Position numbers and translations under genes: made by a program. A stretch of DNA of 64,000 bases from Macrostomum lignano (lineage: Eukaryota), in contig NIVC01000029.1 in the NCBI GenBank assembly GCA_002269645.1, positions 1,116,001 to 1,180,000 on the forward strand, given 5' to 3'. Under the pieces are notes generated by a model that saw only the letters and a program-made list of their open reading frames with translations, did no database searches and had not been told where the DNA came from. This document shows positions 49,301 through 64,000 of this stretch, piece after piece. How positions within the stretch are numbered: the first letter of the stretch is position 1; every line of letters begins with the position of its first letter.

Positions 49301-52300
49301 GAGAGATAACAGACACGAGAGAGATAACAGACACGAGAGAGATAACAGACACGAGAGAGATAACAGACACGAGAGAGATAACAGACACGAGAGAGAGATA
49401 ACAGACATGGGAGAGATGACAGACACGAGAGAGATAATAGACACGAAAGAGAGATAACAGACATGGGAGAGAGATAACAGACACGAGAGAGATAACAGAC
49501 ACGAGAGAAATAACAGACACGAGAGAGATAACAGACACGAGAGAGATAACAGACACGAGAGAGAGATAACAGACATGGGAGAGAGATAACAGACACGAGA
49601 GAGATAACAGACACGAGAGAGATAACAGACACGAGAGAGATAACAGACACGAGAGAGAGATAACAGACATGGGAGAGATAACAGACACGAGAGAGATAAT
49701 AGACACGAAAGAGAGATAACAGACATGGGAGAGAGATAACAGACACGAGAGAGATAACAGACACGAGAGATATAACAGACACGAGAGAGATAACAGACAC
49801 GAGAGAGATAACAGACACGAGAGAGATAACAGACACGAGAGAGATAACAGACACGAGAGAGATAACAGACACGAGAGAGATAACAGACACGAGAGAGATA
49901 ACAGACACGAGAGAGAGATAACAGACATGGGAGAGATAACAGACACGAGAGAGATAACAGACACGAAAGAGAGATAACAGACATGGGAGAGAGATAACAG
50001 ACACGAGAGAGATAACAGACACGAGAGAGGGATAACAGACAGAGGAGAAAGGACACAGGAAGTAGGTGATGACGATGCGCAACAGAAAGTAAGCTACTAT
50101 GCATGCAAGCTACTGCTATCATTAAAAATAAGAGGAGAACTGCGATCGACCTCATTGATTTCAGAATTTACTATTTTAACTGAAATTGACTTACACAATC
50201 GGAAAGATCGAGAGTCGAGAGTGAGAGAAAAGTAGAGCCAGTGGCCTTAAGTGTTGCTCTCATTGCTCATTTCCATTGCGCATCGTTTAGCACACTAGTG
50301 CAACCCTCGAAAACGGAGCCCTTCTTCTTCTCAGCCTACACTGGGAGAGCAAAAGCTATTCGCCTGGGGCTAAATTCGGAAACTCGACACGAATGGGATT
50401 TGAGAATGAGGAAGAGAAATGCATTAGCTGGCTGTTGAGCAAGAGGGATTAATCGGATTATCTTAATATAAGGCTGTATAGTATACTGAAGAGGCTTTCG
50501 CTTCACTCAGTGCAGTCAGTCATTCAGTGCCGTCGCTATATCCCCTTTAATCTTCTTCTTCCGGCAGACTTGGCGGTCGAATCGAAGAGGCTGTAAGTCG
50601 CCTGGAGCGAGTGGAGATTGAATGCCAACAACTGCGCTCCGAGCTGGCGGTGAGCACTGCGGGACTCTGACTGAGGGATTCGGGACTCGGACTGGAGGAT
50701 TCGGAACTTGAACTGTGGGATTCGGGACTCTGACTGTGGGATTCGGGACTCAGACTGAGGGATTCGGGATTCTGACTGAGGGATTCGGAACTCGGACTGG
50801 AGGATTCGGAACTTGAACTGTGGGATTCGGGACTCTGACTGTGGGATTCGGGACTCAGACTGAGAGATTCGGGATTCTGACTGAGGGATTCGGGACTCGG
50901 ACTGTGGGATTCGGACTCAGACTGAGGGATTCGGGATTCTGACTGAGGGATTCGGGACTCGGACTGTGGGATTCGGGACTCGGACTGGAGGATTCGGAAC
51001 TTGAACTGTGGGATTCGGGACTCGGACTGGAGGATTCGGGACTCAGACTGGAAGATTCAGGACTCGAATTGTGGGATTCGGGACTCGGACTGGAAGATTC
51101 AGGACTCGGACTGGAAGATTCAGGACTCGGACTGTGGGATTCGGGACTCAGACTGGAAGATTCAGGACTCGGATTGTGGGATTCGGGACTCGGACTGGAG
51201 GATTCGGGACTCAGACTGGAAGATTCAGGACTCGGATTGTGGGATTCGGGACTCAGACTGGAAGATTCAGGACTCGGATTGTGGGATTCGGGACTCGGAC
51301 TGGAAGATTCAGGACTCGGATTGTGGGATTCGGGACTCGGACTGGAGGATTCGGGACTCAGACTGGAAGATTCAGGACTCGGATTGTGGGATTCGGGACT
51401 CGGACTGGAGGATTCGAGACTCGGACTGAACGATTCGGGACACGGGACTATGGGATTCAGGAATCGGGACTACGGGATTCGGGACACGGACTAAGGAATT
51501 CGGGTCTCGAAGTAAGGGATTCGGGACTCGGACTGGACACGGGACACGGACTAAGGAACTCGGGTCTCGAAGTAAGGGATTCGGGACTCGGACTAGACAC
51601 GGGACACGGAATTTGGGAAATTTTTATTGCAACCAAGGATTTTAAACAAATTTTCTTATTTATCGAACGTAGAGTAGAATTTTGATAGCAGATTCGGCGC
51701 TGCTCGGAATTTCAGGTTTTACAAATTTTACAATCCTCCTCGAGGTGAAGCTCTGGAAGTTAATGACTAATTAGCGGGCCATGCCTCTGCTAGACCGAAG
51801 TCAACCAAATTCAAGGACAACTTGAAAAGAGAGTCTGGTCTGTGTCGAGACAAACATCGGCACTCCAGATATTCAATTCAATATTGATCTACATTAACTA
51901 TAGAGGCAGCAAATGTTCTTTAACTTGTTCTTAGGTGTGGGTTTCTGTGCTCTAGGGTGTGAGTTTCTGTGCTCTTGGGTGTGGGTTTCGGTGCTCTAGG
52001 GTGTGGGTTTCGGTGCTCTAGGGTGTGGGTTTCGGTGCTCTAGGGTGTGGGTTTCGGTGCTCTAGGGTGTGGGTTTCGGTGCTCTAGGGTGTGGGTTTCG
52101 GGTGTGGGTTTCTGTGCTCTAGGGTGTGGGTTTCTGTGCTCTAGGGTGTGAGTTTCTGTGCTCTTGGGTGTGGGTTTCGGTGCTCTAGAGTGTGGGTTTC
52201 AGGTGTGGGTTTCGGTGCTCTAGGGTGTGAGTTTCGGTGCTCTAGGGTGTGGGTTTCGGTGCTCTAGGGTGTGGGTTTCGGTGCTCTAGGGTGTGGGTTT

Positions 52301-54852
52301 CGGTGCTCTAGGGTGTGGGTTTCGGTGCTCTAGGGTGTGGGTTTCGGTGCTCTAGGGTGTGGGTTTCGGTGCTCTAGGGTGTGGGTTTCGGTGCTCTAGG
52401 GTGTGGGTTTCGGTGCTCTAGGGTGTGGGTTTCGGTGCTCTAGGGTGTGGGTTTCTGTGCTCTAGGGTGTGGGTTTTGGTGCTCTAGGGTGTGGGTTTCG
52501 GTGCTCTAGGGTGTGGGTTTCGGTGCTCTAGGGTGTGGGTTTTGGTGCTCTAGGGTGTGGGTTTCGGTGCTCTAGGGTGTGGGTTTCGGTGCTCTAGGGT
52601 GTGGGTTTCTGTTTTTTAGGTTGTGAGCTACTGTAACAGGGGGTGTGGGTTACGTTGTTATCGGGTCTGGTATGGGTCCATTACCTAAAATCCCATTCTT
52701 ATTCCTTATACGTCATGCAGGTTGCGTCATCGAGCGGTGCAACGGCAAAAACTCGATTGGATCGTCTTGAACGAATCGGGTGCGAGCAGCGTCTGCAATC
52801 GGCTGAGCGGGAGAACGCTCTGCTCAGGCAGGAGCTGCTGCAGGCTGGCCGCTTCACGGATGAACTGGCAAGCCAGCTGATTCAGAACACTCTCATTCAG
52901 AAGGTATGGGGCCTGGTGGAATTATCACTGCCATGATTTGTACGAGCATTCATGGTGTGTACACTCACGTATGAAACATTCGCCGACACTTATTCAGACA
53001 CTTCTACACTCTACAGACACTTTAGTTTCCGTCGTACGAGTGCTAGTTGACTAGCATGATGTGTACACAAATTATAGTTGACTAACATGATGTGTACACG
53101 AGTGCTAGTTGACTAAAATGATGTGTACACGAGTAGGTCACAGTTGTGCACACGAGTAGATCACAGTTGTGTATACTAGTAGATCACAGGTGTGTACACG
53201 AGTAGATCACAGGTGTGTGCACGAGTAGGTCACAGTTGTGTACACGAGTAGATCACAGTTGTGTACACGAGTAGATCACAGTTGTGTACACGAGTAGATC
53301 ACATTTGTGTACACGAGTAGATCGCAGGTGTGTGCACGGTATGGCTTAAGTACAGAAGTTACTGTTTTACTTTCATTGTTTATAATGAAAACAGTACCAT
53401 ATTGTACACAAGAGTGTATTTTACTATATTTATCAGCTACTTTCGATCATTGCTACTATCTAGTAGTATGCCAAAACCATTTTCCCTTCCCAGAATCTAA
53501 CAGACGAATGTCGCTACCTGCGCGAGCGGCTATCGGAAGTGGAGCGGGTCAACCAACAGCTGACCACAGGCTTAGTCAGCCTCCTCACTCACACAATTGA
53601 GCCGCAATTCCTCCAGGAAAGAGGCTGCCTCCGTCTGCAACAGCAACAACAGCAGCAGCAACAACAACAACAACAACAACATCAACAGCAACAGCAACAG
53701 CAACAACAGCAAAGAGCAGGAATCGTTGCCCGTGACTCCGATCGTCTGGCAGCATTGCAGGCAGCTGTGTCTCGACTATCAGGCGATGCGTACACCTACT
53801 CGCAGTGCCCGCCGGCGCTGTTCCCTCCAGCACCGGGCCGCAACCCTCCCCAACAACAACAGCAGCAGCCACAGTCATCGACTGCAGCTTCTAGCCAAGC
53901 CAACAACAGCACGACAGCTGCAGGCGCAGAGAAACTGTACTATACTTTGGAGTTCTCGCGGGAACCGCCGGATGGTGGAGCGACGGCCAACGCCACGGCC
54001 GCAACAAATTTGGCGTCGTCTGGAGTTGGTAAGTCAACTGCTGGACCGGCGGTGCCCGAAGGACCGTCTGCAGCAGCCGCTACCGCCGCTGGTGCAGCTG
54101 GCAGCCCGATAGACGATCTGCTCCCTCTGGCACTGGCAACGCCGCCGCACGCACTGGATTTGGAAACGTTTCTAACAGCCAGAGACCGATTGCAAAGGCA
54201 CCGTGTGCGGCTTAATCGACCGTCTGTCTGTAGCGACACTGAACTGTTGGGCGATCGGTTTCTAATCTTGTCAGATGACTCTTCTAGCGCCAGCTGCGCG
54301 GTGGACAATGAAGACGATGCAAACCCTGACGATGACGATGCTGCGGACGAAGAAGAAGAAGAGAGTAACGCATCGGCCGCGGCAGCAGCAGCAGCGAAGG
54401 CTACGACAGCAGCGTCAGCCCCGCCGCCAGTTCGCATAGAGCGACGTCGATTCTGCAGCGGCGACGAAGGCGACGGAGGCGGAGGCGCGGACTCGTCGTC
54501 GGCGTCAACCAGCTCTCCACCGCCGCCACCGCCGCCGCCGAGTGCGCGTCCGACGCCGCAGCCGCCTCCGCAGTCGCAGGCCCTGCCAAAGTTAGCAGCA
54601 CAGGCAACTGCGGCCTCTAAAACTACGCCGCAACAGCAACCACAACCGCAGCCACCGCTGTCACCGCTGGCCGGAGTCAGCGGCAGCGGCATTCCAGTGT
54701 CGGCGGCGGCGGCTCGACATCGGCAAAGAAGAGCGCAGCATCAGCAGCAGCATCAGCAGTCGCAGGCTCAGCAGCAGCAACAGTATCAGGTCAACAGCAG
54801 CAACAGCAACAATAGCAGAGTGACTTCGGTTCGACAGAACAGGGGAACTTAG
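45757..54852 (+). CDS. Unassigned coiled-coil, poly-Q/low-complexity protein (~659 aa); exons 45757-45843, 46100-46368, 50568-50649, 52721-52903, 53494-54852
   Basis: Canonical splice sites, phases 0/2/0/0 consistent, total 1980 nt. Heptad segments include IEEAVSRLERVEIECQQLRSELA, LQSAERENALLRQELLQ and LTDECRYLRERLSEVERVNQQL. No family recognised. Confidence 0.75.
46598..46688. other. 91-nt long hairpin (pre-miRNA-like or mini-MITE)
   Basis: ctagtttggccatagacattct..aggatgtctatggccaaaccag pair at 20/22, with further inner pairing (ctata/tatag, ctag, agc/gct). Confidence 0.6.
47798..48078. mobile_element. 281-bp MITE-like element with 30-bp imperfect TIRs
   Basis: The left arm tatactctgcaacattgaaaagtcgccacc matches the reverse complement of the right arm ggtggcatctttttaatgtcgttgagtata at 24/30. 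Both termini carry TA. Confidence 0.6.
48570..50040. repeat. 18-20-bp purine-rich minisatellite (gagagagataacagacac)
   Basis: About 80 copies; intronic. Confidence 0.97.
50655..51608. repeat. ~20-bp minisatellite (gggattcgggactcggact..)
   Basis: Starts at the donor at 50650. Confidence 0.94.
51935..52612. repeat. 22-bp G-rich minisatellite (ctagggtgtgggtttcggtgct)
   Basis: About 30 copies. Confidence 0.96.
53040..53335. repeat. ~24-bp repeat (gtgtacacgagtagatcacagtt)
   Basis: Intronic. Confidence 0.9.
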
Positions 54853-55894
54853 AACTGTTCACCTGTAAAACTGCGAACGACGTCTCTTCCATTCTTCTGT
54901 AGTTAAAATTTCATTTGTATGAAGGTGTCCTGTCCGCGTTTTTTCACTTTTTCATTGTTTTATTAGAAGCCTCTAGTTTTATTTTTAAGTCTACTTGATA
55001 AAAATAAAACTAAACATAGTGCTATCAGGAATCTTCCCTGCAATATAAAATGAAATTTTGCGCGGTAGAAATTAAATAGACAAATTTTACTAAAAATAGA
55101 CCACGCTAAGAAAAAAATTGCGACCTTGACGTTAGCCAATCAGAAGTCTTCATTTTAGGACGTTTGCTGATTGTTGCTAAAAATAGATTATACATTGGAC
55201 AGTGACCTTCGCACGAGCCAATTAACAAAGGTATAGGTTTGATTTACTGTACAAATAAGTTACACGCAAGTGGCACGTGATGCAATTCATAAAATAATTT
55301 CCGATGCACCGCTCACAACCATCGTCTGAAAAATCATATGGGCACTTTTGCCAGGCATATCAAAGACTTCGTCGTTTAAGGAGTCGCTCCGACAGCTCAC
55401 TGCCTCACTGCGCGTGGGTAAACGCTATCAATAAATATCAGCAGCATTGGCACAATGAAAGCGAAACCTATGGCAGACTGCATCGAACACACCATTTTTT
55501 GTTTAATTAGCTTAGTTTATAAACATTTTAGCCTATAAAAATTTATGAATTCGTGTACGACAAAACCTGATATTTTCCTCCACTATCTGATTTATTGTAA
55601 CATAACATCTTTTATATGCATCTTGGTTCCCTTAAATGATCTCAGTAGTACAATTTCTTTTCGAATTTTTTTTTAAGAAACGTATTTATCATATTGCATA
55701 TGTTATGTACTTCGGAATTGTTTTATGATTTTAGAATTTCTCGGTGGTGCAAAAATACATTAGACATTACTATGACAGAAGTTGCTATTTATTGATGAAA
55801 GATTGCTGATCAAAAATAAATATTTAACTGCCTTGAATTCAATCTATCAAATCGCTCTTGAGCGTTCTTAATAGATCAAACAAATTTATAGAGC

Positions 55895-56045
55895 AGGCTC
55901 ACTTAGTACTGAAAGGTCGGGGGTTTGATTCTCGACCCACTTGGAAAACAATTTGTGCCCTTGAGCGGCTGAGCTGTCGGTTGCACATCTGCCCAATAGG
56001 GCAGGTGTAAATAATTCTATTATTAATATTATTAACATTAATTAA
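55895..56045 (+). mobile_element. Truncated tRNA-derived SINE fragment of a second type
   Basis: A degenerate B-box (gggtttgattctc), then tgtgcccttgagc, a ctgcccaatagggcag hairpin and an (ATT)-like tail. Confidence 0.4.
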
Positions 56046-56273
56046 TTTGCCAATATAATTAGCCTTCTCAAGCTTCATTCATCTTTCAGCGTGAGAAGGA
56101 AACATGTAGACAGGATTTTTATTGCCATTAAAACGTCGAATAAGGCAACTCATTCGATGCATAGTCTCGTTCGTATTAGGGGATTTTAAAATAACAATAA
56201 GCTAGTTTACTGGTCCATGAGCAATGCTAAACAGGTTTAGTAAAAAGTAGTTTCGAGAGCTATTAAACTGTAT

Positions 56274-58131
<1,858 letters not shown>

Positions 58132-58253
58132 GGCTCAGTAGTGATCAGTTTGTGCTGGTCTGCTGCTATAGCTGCTAACTATTTGAGTTGCTTACTCTGA
58201 AGAAACTTGTAGACTTGACTCCCTATACCATTCAAGCCCTAGCGAGTATCGCT

Positions 58254-58267
58254 CTTAACATAGCAAC
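58254..58267. promoter_or_regulatory. RFX X-box-like site upstream of the calcyphosin-like gene
   Basis: cttaacATAGCAAC has a perfect 3' half-site about 125 bp upstream of the ATG. This fits ciliary expression known for the family. Confidence 0.3.
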
Positions 58268-59465
58268 CTTATCGTTAGATTAAGCAGCGACCATTACTCT
58301 CAAAGTCTCCCTCAGCCCCAGCCCGAACTGTTTGCGCTCTGCCCCTTCTGCAGTTTGCGATCGATTGCGCAGAGATTTTGTGTGCTCTCTGCCCCCCTCT
58401 CTGTGTCAGGACTTAGTATCTGAGTAGCCAAATTATAGCTGTTTTTCGTATGTACACACACTGCAGAAGCCTTAAGATTGAACGTTGTGATGCAAAGATT
58501 TAATTAGTAAGTATAGCTAGTTGATTGACTGTCATCAGGCTGACAGAGTGGCTCTATAGTGACCGCCAAACACCCGACGTCGCTGACAAATATGTACTTT
58601 CAAGTTGCACCGACGGTTGAAAGGTTCACAGTCGACAAGTTCAGCCGACATCTGATGTCGATGTACTGATATAATGTAAAAGCCCCCGAACCCCCCCCCC
58701 CAAAAAAAAAATCAGAAATAAGAAAGCAGAATAACTACATCGAACACCGTGTCTTAATTTTAATAAAAAATGGTTGTAAAAACCGTTAATAATTTCAATG
58801 AATATTCTACGCTGAACTTACGAGTACACAATGTACAATTATTTATTTTAGGCACTGAAAAGGCTATCCCTCATGGATGTGTGAATTGATGCTGCCACGT
58901 TGATGAATGTTGATCCTTTTCGTAAGAACCTCGTGAAAGCAACAATGCAATTTGCTCACGTATTTTCCGTTTTTTTGTGAAATTCGAATAGTATGAAAAT
59001 TTGGAAAGATGGGAATTTTATAGAATGAAAAAGAAAATTGGTTGATTCATCTAGCGGTTTTTTCAAGCCCTAGGGCACTGGAACAGAAAATTTTGAAACA
59101 TTTTTTTCACTAGAAATCGATTTGCAATTTTCAGGTTGCTAGTCAGCTTCATGATTTAATGACGAAAAACAAAAAAACAATACTACATGTACGATCTCTC
59201 CATTGAACGAGTATATATGATATGGCGAAAATATTTGTAGCTATACAGAAAATTGGCATAAAATTTCCAAGCACCAGGAACCAAACTCAGATATTTTTCA
59301 CACCTATGACTTGTCATTTCTGCATTTTACAAAAACAATGGACTGAAAGCACCGAAATTTTCTGATCGTAATGTCAGTAAAAATTATGATTAAGGACATT
59401 TTGGCTACAATTGGGACCACAATCAATGTCAAAGAATTATTGTAGACTTTCTAAGTAAAGTCAAG

Positions 59466-61369
59466 TTAAGCACTCTTGCGTGGCACGACGCGAACCTTGA
59501 ATCGCTTGGGCAGCGCAAACAGTATGATAGCATCGTCGCTGTAACCATCTGAGCCTTTGTACTCAGGACACTGGATGAACTTGAACGATTGAATCAGCAG
59601 CGTAGTGATTAAAAACGTTGTCTTCTTAGCGATCGACTCGCCAAGGCAGACCCGAGTGCCGGCGCCAAACGGCATAAATCCTTGCTTATGAGGCGCCAGC
59701 TCGCCCTTCTCGGTGAGAAAGTGCTCCGGCTTGAACGTGTGCGGATCCGGAAAGTTTTTCGGGTCGAAGTGACACCGGTAAGTCGACAGCATCACCTGGG
59801 TGCCTCGGGGCAGCTGGTAGCCTCCCAGTTGGCAGTCCTCGTAGCACTCTCTCGGTATCATGGTGACCAGAGGCCAGAAGCGCATCACCTCGTGCAGAAA
59901 TGCGTCGGTGTACGGCAGGCGATGTCGTTCTGACATTCTCGGAGTTGAGTCACCGAACACCGAGTTCACCTCGGCGTAGCAGCGCTCCTGCATCTCTGGA
60001 TTGTCGCAGAGGGCCCAAACCATCCAGTATAGGGTCATGCTAGTGGTATCCGTGCCAGCCGTGAAAATGTCCATAAGAGTTTGACGCAGGTGGACATCTT
60101 GGAATAGATGGCTGCAAAATAAATGCATTTTTTACTGTTATACACAGTTTCTGTTTATGCTTGTACGCTGGTATATGTCGCATTTTGTAAGGTCGATGAA
60201 AACTAGCAGAAAACTATTTAGCAAGATTGATTTCAAAACAGGAGAGACATGTGATTATTTTAATTATCGAATCGCTTTGAAAGGGATATCAAGGAGATTC
60301 GAGGACGATAAACAGTCACCATTTATAGATCAAGTGACCTCATTTTATGGGACACCCGGATGATCTTATTTCCAGCTGTTCGTCAGCCTTCTACCAATCA
60401 ACCATTAGGTGCTAAAAAGGCATGCCAATAATTTTGATGAAAGTTGGCGTTAAATTCTTACCCTTGGCCAGCCTGAACTGCTTCCCTCTGCTCTTTAACT
60501 AGAAAGTCGAGGATGTCGTTCAACTCGCTAGGATTAAAACTTCTCTGTCGTTTCTCGCAGAGCTCCTTGGCCCAGGACAACAGACCGTCCGTGAGCTTGT
60601 AGAACCGGCGGGTGCTCTGCAGAGGCAGGAACCTCAATGAAGGAAGCAGATCAATCAGTAGACCTTTTTGAACACTCTGATTTAACCCCTCTATGCTATT
60701 GCGCAGCCAAAGGAACTCAGCATCTTGAGGCGTGTACTCCGTGCTAAAGGTCATGCGGCACTGCAGGTTGTAGATCAGCAGATAGACGGTCTCGTAGACA
60801 TCCTTCGGCTCGTTGCTCTGGTCAACAAAGTACTCCGCCACGCTATCAAACGAATCCACTACAAACTGTTCCAGCCGGTCGGCCTGAGCAAACACTCTGA
60901 ATGCTGAGAATGCCGACTTTCTATGGTAGCGCAGCCGCTCGGAGTTTGGGGCCGCGAATATGTCATTCTTGTCCTCGGTGGCGTATGTAAACGAATAGAA
61001 GCCGCTGGATCTGTTAGTCAACTGCTTGCTGAGCAGGCCTTCTAGCACCAGGTCAGGGTTGAGCACAAGAACCATGGGAGTATTTCCCAGACTAATTGTA
61101 ACCATGTCACCGTAATTTTCAGCCAGTTTGTCTGGCAACTCTTTGGCACCTTTGCGACCCTTTGTGTTGAACACTTCGAGCGTGCCAACCAGAGGCCAGG
61201 CAAACGGGCCGGGCGGCAGTTTGTACCGAAGCCGGTACCTGAGGTACTTAGCAAGGTAAATGGCTCCAGCGGACACAGCCGCCACTGTGGCCGCCCCGGC
61301 AATCAGAGTGCGCGGTTCTTTGGTCGAGATGAACTCGTTTAGCTTAGAGACGCTGAGAAAATTCTGCAT
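59466..61369 (-). CDS. Cytochrome P450 (clan-2-like) paralog A, 517 aa; exons 60462-61369 and 59466-60111
   Basis: TM anchor, PPGP, AGTDTT, EVMR (ExxR), PEHF and the heme motif FGAGTRVCLG. One phase-2 intron; total 1554 nt. Confidence 0.93.
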
Positions 61370-62101
61370 TCCTATCAGCATGCAAAACACAAAGCAACCG
61401 CGTTCAGACATTTGAAAGCCGCTGTTTTATAACACTGATTTGAATTAGATAGATTTTTCTTCACATTCATTTTCTAAGCTCAAATTTGTTATAATTTTGG
61501 TACAATCTATTTTAACACAACGATATATAACTAGTTATCGTTCAAAAATTATTGAAGAGGTTGACAAGGTAAAGGAAATTCGTGTATTTCCTACTAATTT
61601 ATTTTAATGATTAATAGAGTAAATATGTAATGTATTTAAATATAGCAAATTTATTACACATAAATGTCATGTCTAGTGACAAGCGGAAGCTTAAAATGGG
61701 AAAGACAAGTACAAAATCTACACAATCTAGTCGGTAAGACACTTCAAATCAATGACGCCGGATTCTTGTCTGCGTCCTAAAAAAAGAACAGTTAGGTTAT
61801 CCAGACATTGAAAAGGTTAGTATAATATATTTTGCTAAAGCCCACGATCTGAAAAAAACGAAATAAACGTCAGATAGAAGCAATTAGAACATCAAGCATG
61901 CCGAAAATGTTGTGTAAGCTATGGTTCTTTTATGCAACTAAATAAGTTAAAACGATTTTTTTATTAACTGACGAGCATTAGTCGAAATGTAAAAGCTGAA
62001 TTTTATTTAAAAAAGCGGTCTTATAGATAACAACAAGCACTGAGGCTAAAACACTGAAGTCAGTTTTAATTTCATCTTGCAATCAAGAAGCCACAAAGTC
62101 C

Positions 62102-63725
62102 TCAACAAGCGGCCTTGCGCAGAACAACCCGAACCTTGAACCGCTTCGGTAGACCAAACAGTAGCGATGCGTTTTCGCCATAACCATCGAAGTCCTTGCA
62201 CTCCGAACTTTGAACGAACTTGAAAGATTGAATCAGCAGCGTAGTGATTAAAAACGTTGTCTTCTTGGCGATCGACTCACCAAGGCAGACCCGAGTGCCG
62301 GCGCCGAACGGCATATAACCTTGCTTATGAGGCGCCAGCTCGCCCTTCTCGGTGAGGAAGTGCTCCGGCTTGAACGTGTGCGGATCCGGAAACGCTGTTG
62401 GATCGAATGAGGACCGGTAAGTCGACAGCATCACCTGGGTGCCTCGGGGCAGCTGGTAGCCACCCAGTTGGCAGTCCTCAGAGCACTCTCTAGGAACCAG
62501 CGGACCGAGAGGCCAGAAGCGCATCACCTCGTGCAGAAAAGCGTCGGTATACGGCAGGCGGTGTCGCTCCGACATTCTCGGAGTTGAGTCGCCGAATACA
62601 GAGTTCACCTCGGCGTAGCAGCGCTCCTGCATCTCTGGGAAGCTGCACAGGCCCCAGATGACCCAGTAGAGGGTCATAGCTAGAGTGTCTGTTCCAGCGG
62701 TAAATATGTCGATAAGGGTTTGTCTAAGGTGAACATCTTGGAACAGGTGTCTGAAAAATTTTTTTGATACATTTTGTACCGAAAAATGCATGACATACGT
62801 TTGTATACTGAAAAAGCTCTCACCCATTGCCAGACGCAATGGCCTGTCGCTGCTCTTGAATCAGGAAGTCCAAAATGTCGTTCAGCTCATTCGGGTTGAA
62901 GCTCGCCTTCCGTTTCTCGCACAGCTTCTTGGCCCAAGACAGCAGACCGTCGGTAGCATCAATGAAGCCGCGACAGCTCTTGAACGGAAGAAACCGAAGA
63001 ATGGGCAGGATGTCAATAATTACACCTTTTTGAAAGCCGATGTTTAAAAACTCCATTGTCTCTCGGAGCCAAATAAACTCAGGATCGTCTGGAGTGTACT
63101 CCGAGCTGAACGTCATCCGGCACTGCAGATTGTAGACCAGCAGGTACACAGTTTCGTACACGTCTTTGTACTCCGACTCCTGGCCTGAAAAGTACTTCAC
63201 AACACCATCAAACGAGTCCACAACAAACTGTTCGAGTCTCTCGCCTTGAGCAAACATCCTAAAGGCTGAGTAGGAGCTTTTCCGATGAAAACGCCAACGC
63301 TCGCTATTTGGCGCGGCAAAGATGCTGTTCATGCCCTCGGTGAAGTAGTCCAAGGAGTAGAAGCCCGTGAACCTGTTAGTCAGCTGTTTGCTCAGCAAGC
63401 CTTCCTGAACAAGCTTCGGATCGAACACCAATACAAACGAGAGAGCGCCAAACTTGACTGTAGTCATATCGCCGTACTTCTCCGCTAGTCTGTCAATTGT
63501 ACCGAGTACAGCGTCTCTGCCAGTGGCTTTGAACAGCTCGACATTGCCAATCAGCGGCCATCCGCGCGGACCTGGCGGCAGACGAGAACGGCGCCTGAGA
63601 CGCCGCACAAACCACAGGGTGGCCAGAGAGGCGCCTGCGATGGCAGCGGCTGTGATAGCGGCTTTGCGGTTCTCGACTGGGACCAAACGGATCGGCCACG
63701 CGTTTGTAGACAGCAGGGCCTGCAT
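62102..63725 (-). CDS. Cytochrome P450 (clan-2-like) paralog B, 516 aa; exons 62824-63725 and 62102-62750
   Basis: PPGP, WRFHR (WxxxR), AGTDTL, ExxR and FGAGTRVCLG. The intron (73 bp) is at the same position as in paralog A; total 1551 nt. Confidence 0.93.
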
Positions 63726-64000
63726 GCTCTGCAAAGATGGCGAATGATTGATAAAAACTATATCTAACAGATATGAATCCATCACACATGTTCACACAGA
63801 AGAGTTTTCAGTAGCATAAATATATTTTCTGCTACGTACTAGTAGTAGTTAAAACGCTAATAGCCATAGATATACTTTTTATATATTAGGTATGATGATG
63901 AAGAATTTAAAACAAAGTATGTGAGTTGAGTTCAGAAAAAAACTGGGCTACAATTTGTTCTGTAAGATGGCTTTGCACTGAACCACAACAACGACTACAT

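Noticed and set aside
48403-50155. 460-560-aa minus-strand Cys/Ser/Leu-rich ORFs
   Set aside because: These are antisense translations of an intronic GA-rich minisatellite.
51935-52612. Interstitial telomeric repeat
   Set aside because: The unit is 22 bp with CTAGGG, not tandem TTAGGG.

Overview
This is animal genomic DNA with spliced GT-AG genes, and almost every long intron is filled by a different minisatellite. GC-rich exons, poly-Ala/Gln tracts and this repeat load suggest a free-living flatworm such as Macrostomum (inference only). Gene models below were built by hand and checked for splice phase. In order: the 3' part of a LAMP gene (+); a 145-aa orphan secreted protein (+); two tandem ankyrin-repeat/caspase fusion genes (+), where copy 1 has an in-frame TAA and an extra intron and copy 2 is intact; a NOL4/NOL4L homologue (+); an NK2-class homeobox gene (+); an unassigned coiled-coil/poly-Q gene (+); a calcyphosin-like EF-hand gene (-); and two tandem clan-2-like cytochrome P450 genes (-). 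Also present are a dispersed tRNA-headed SINE-like family with a hammerhead-core-like motif, several MITE-like or hairpin inverted repeats, and decayed ORF relics. The best candidate for an under-described system is the ANK-caspase pair: catalytically intact caspases with an ankyrin-repeat prodomain instead of CARD/DED, whose ANK exons are nearly identical while the protease domains have diverged. No prokaryotic system, CRISPR array, rRNA or intact tRNA was found.
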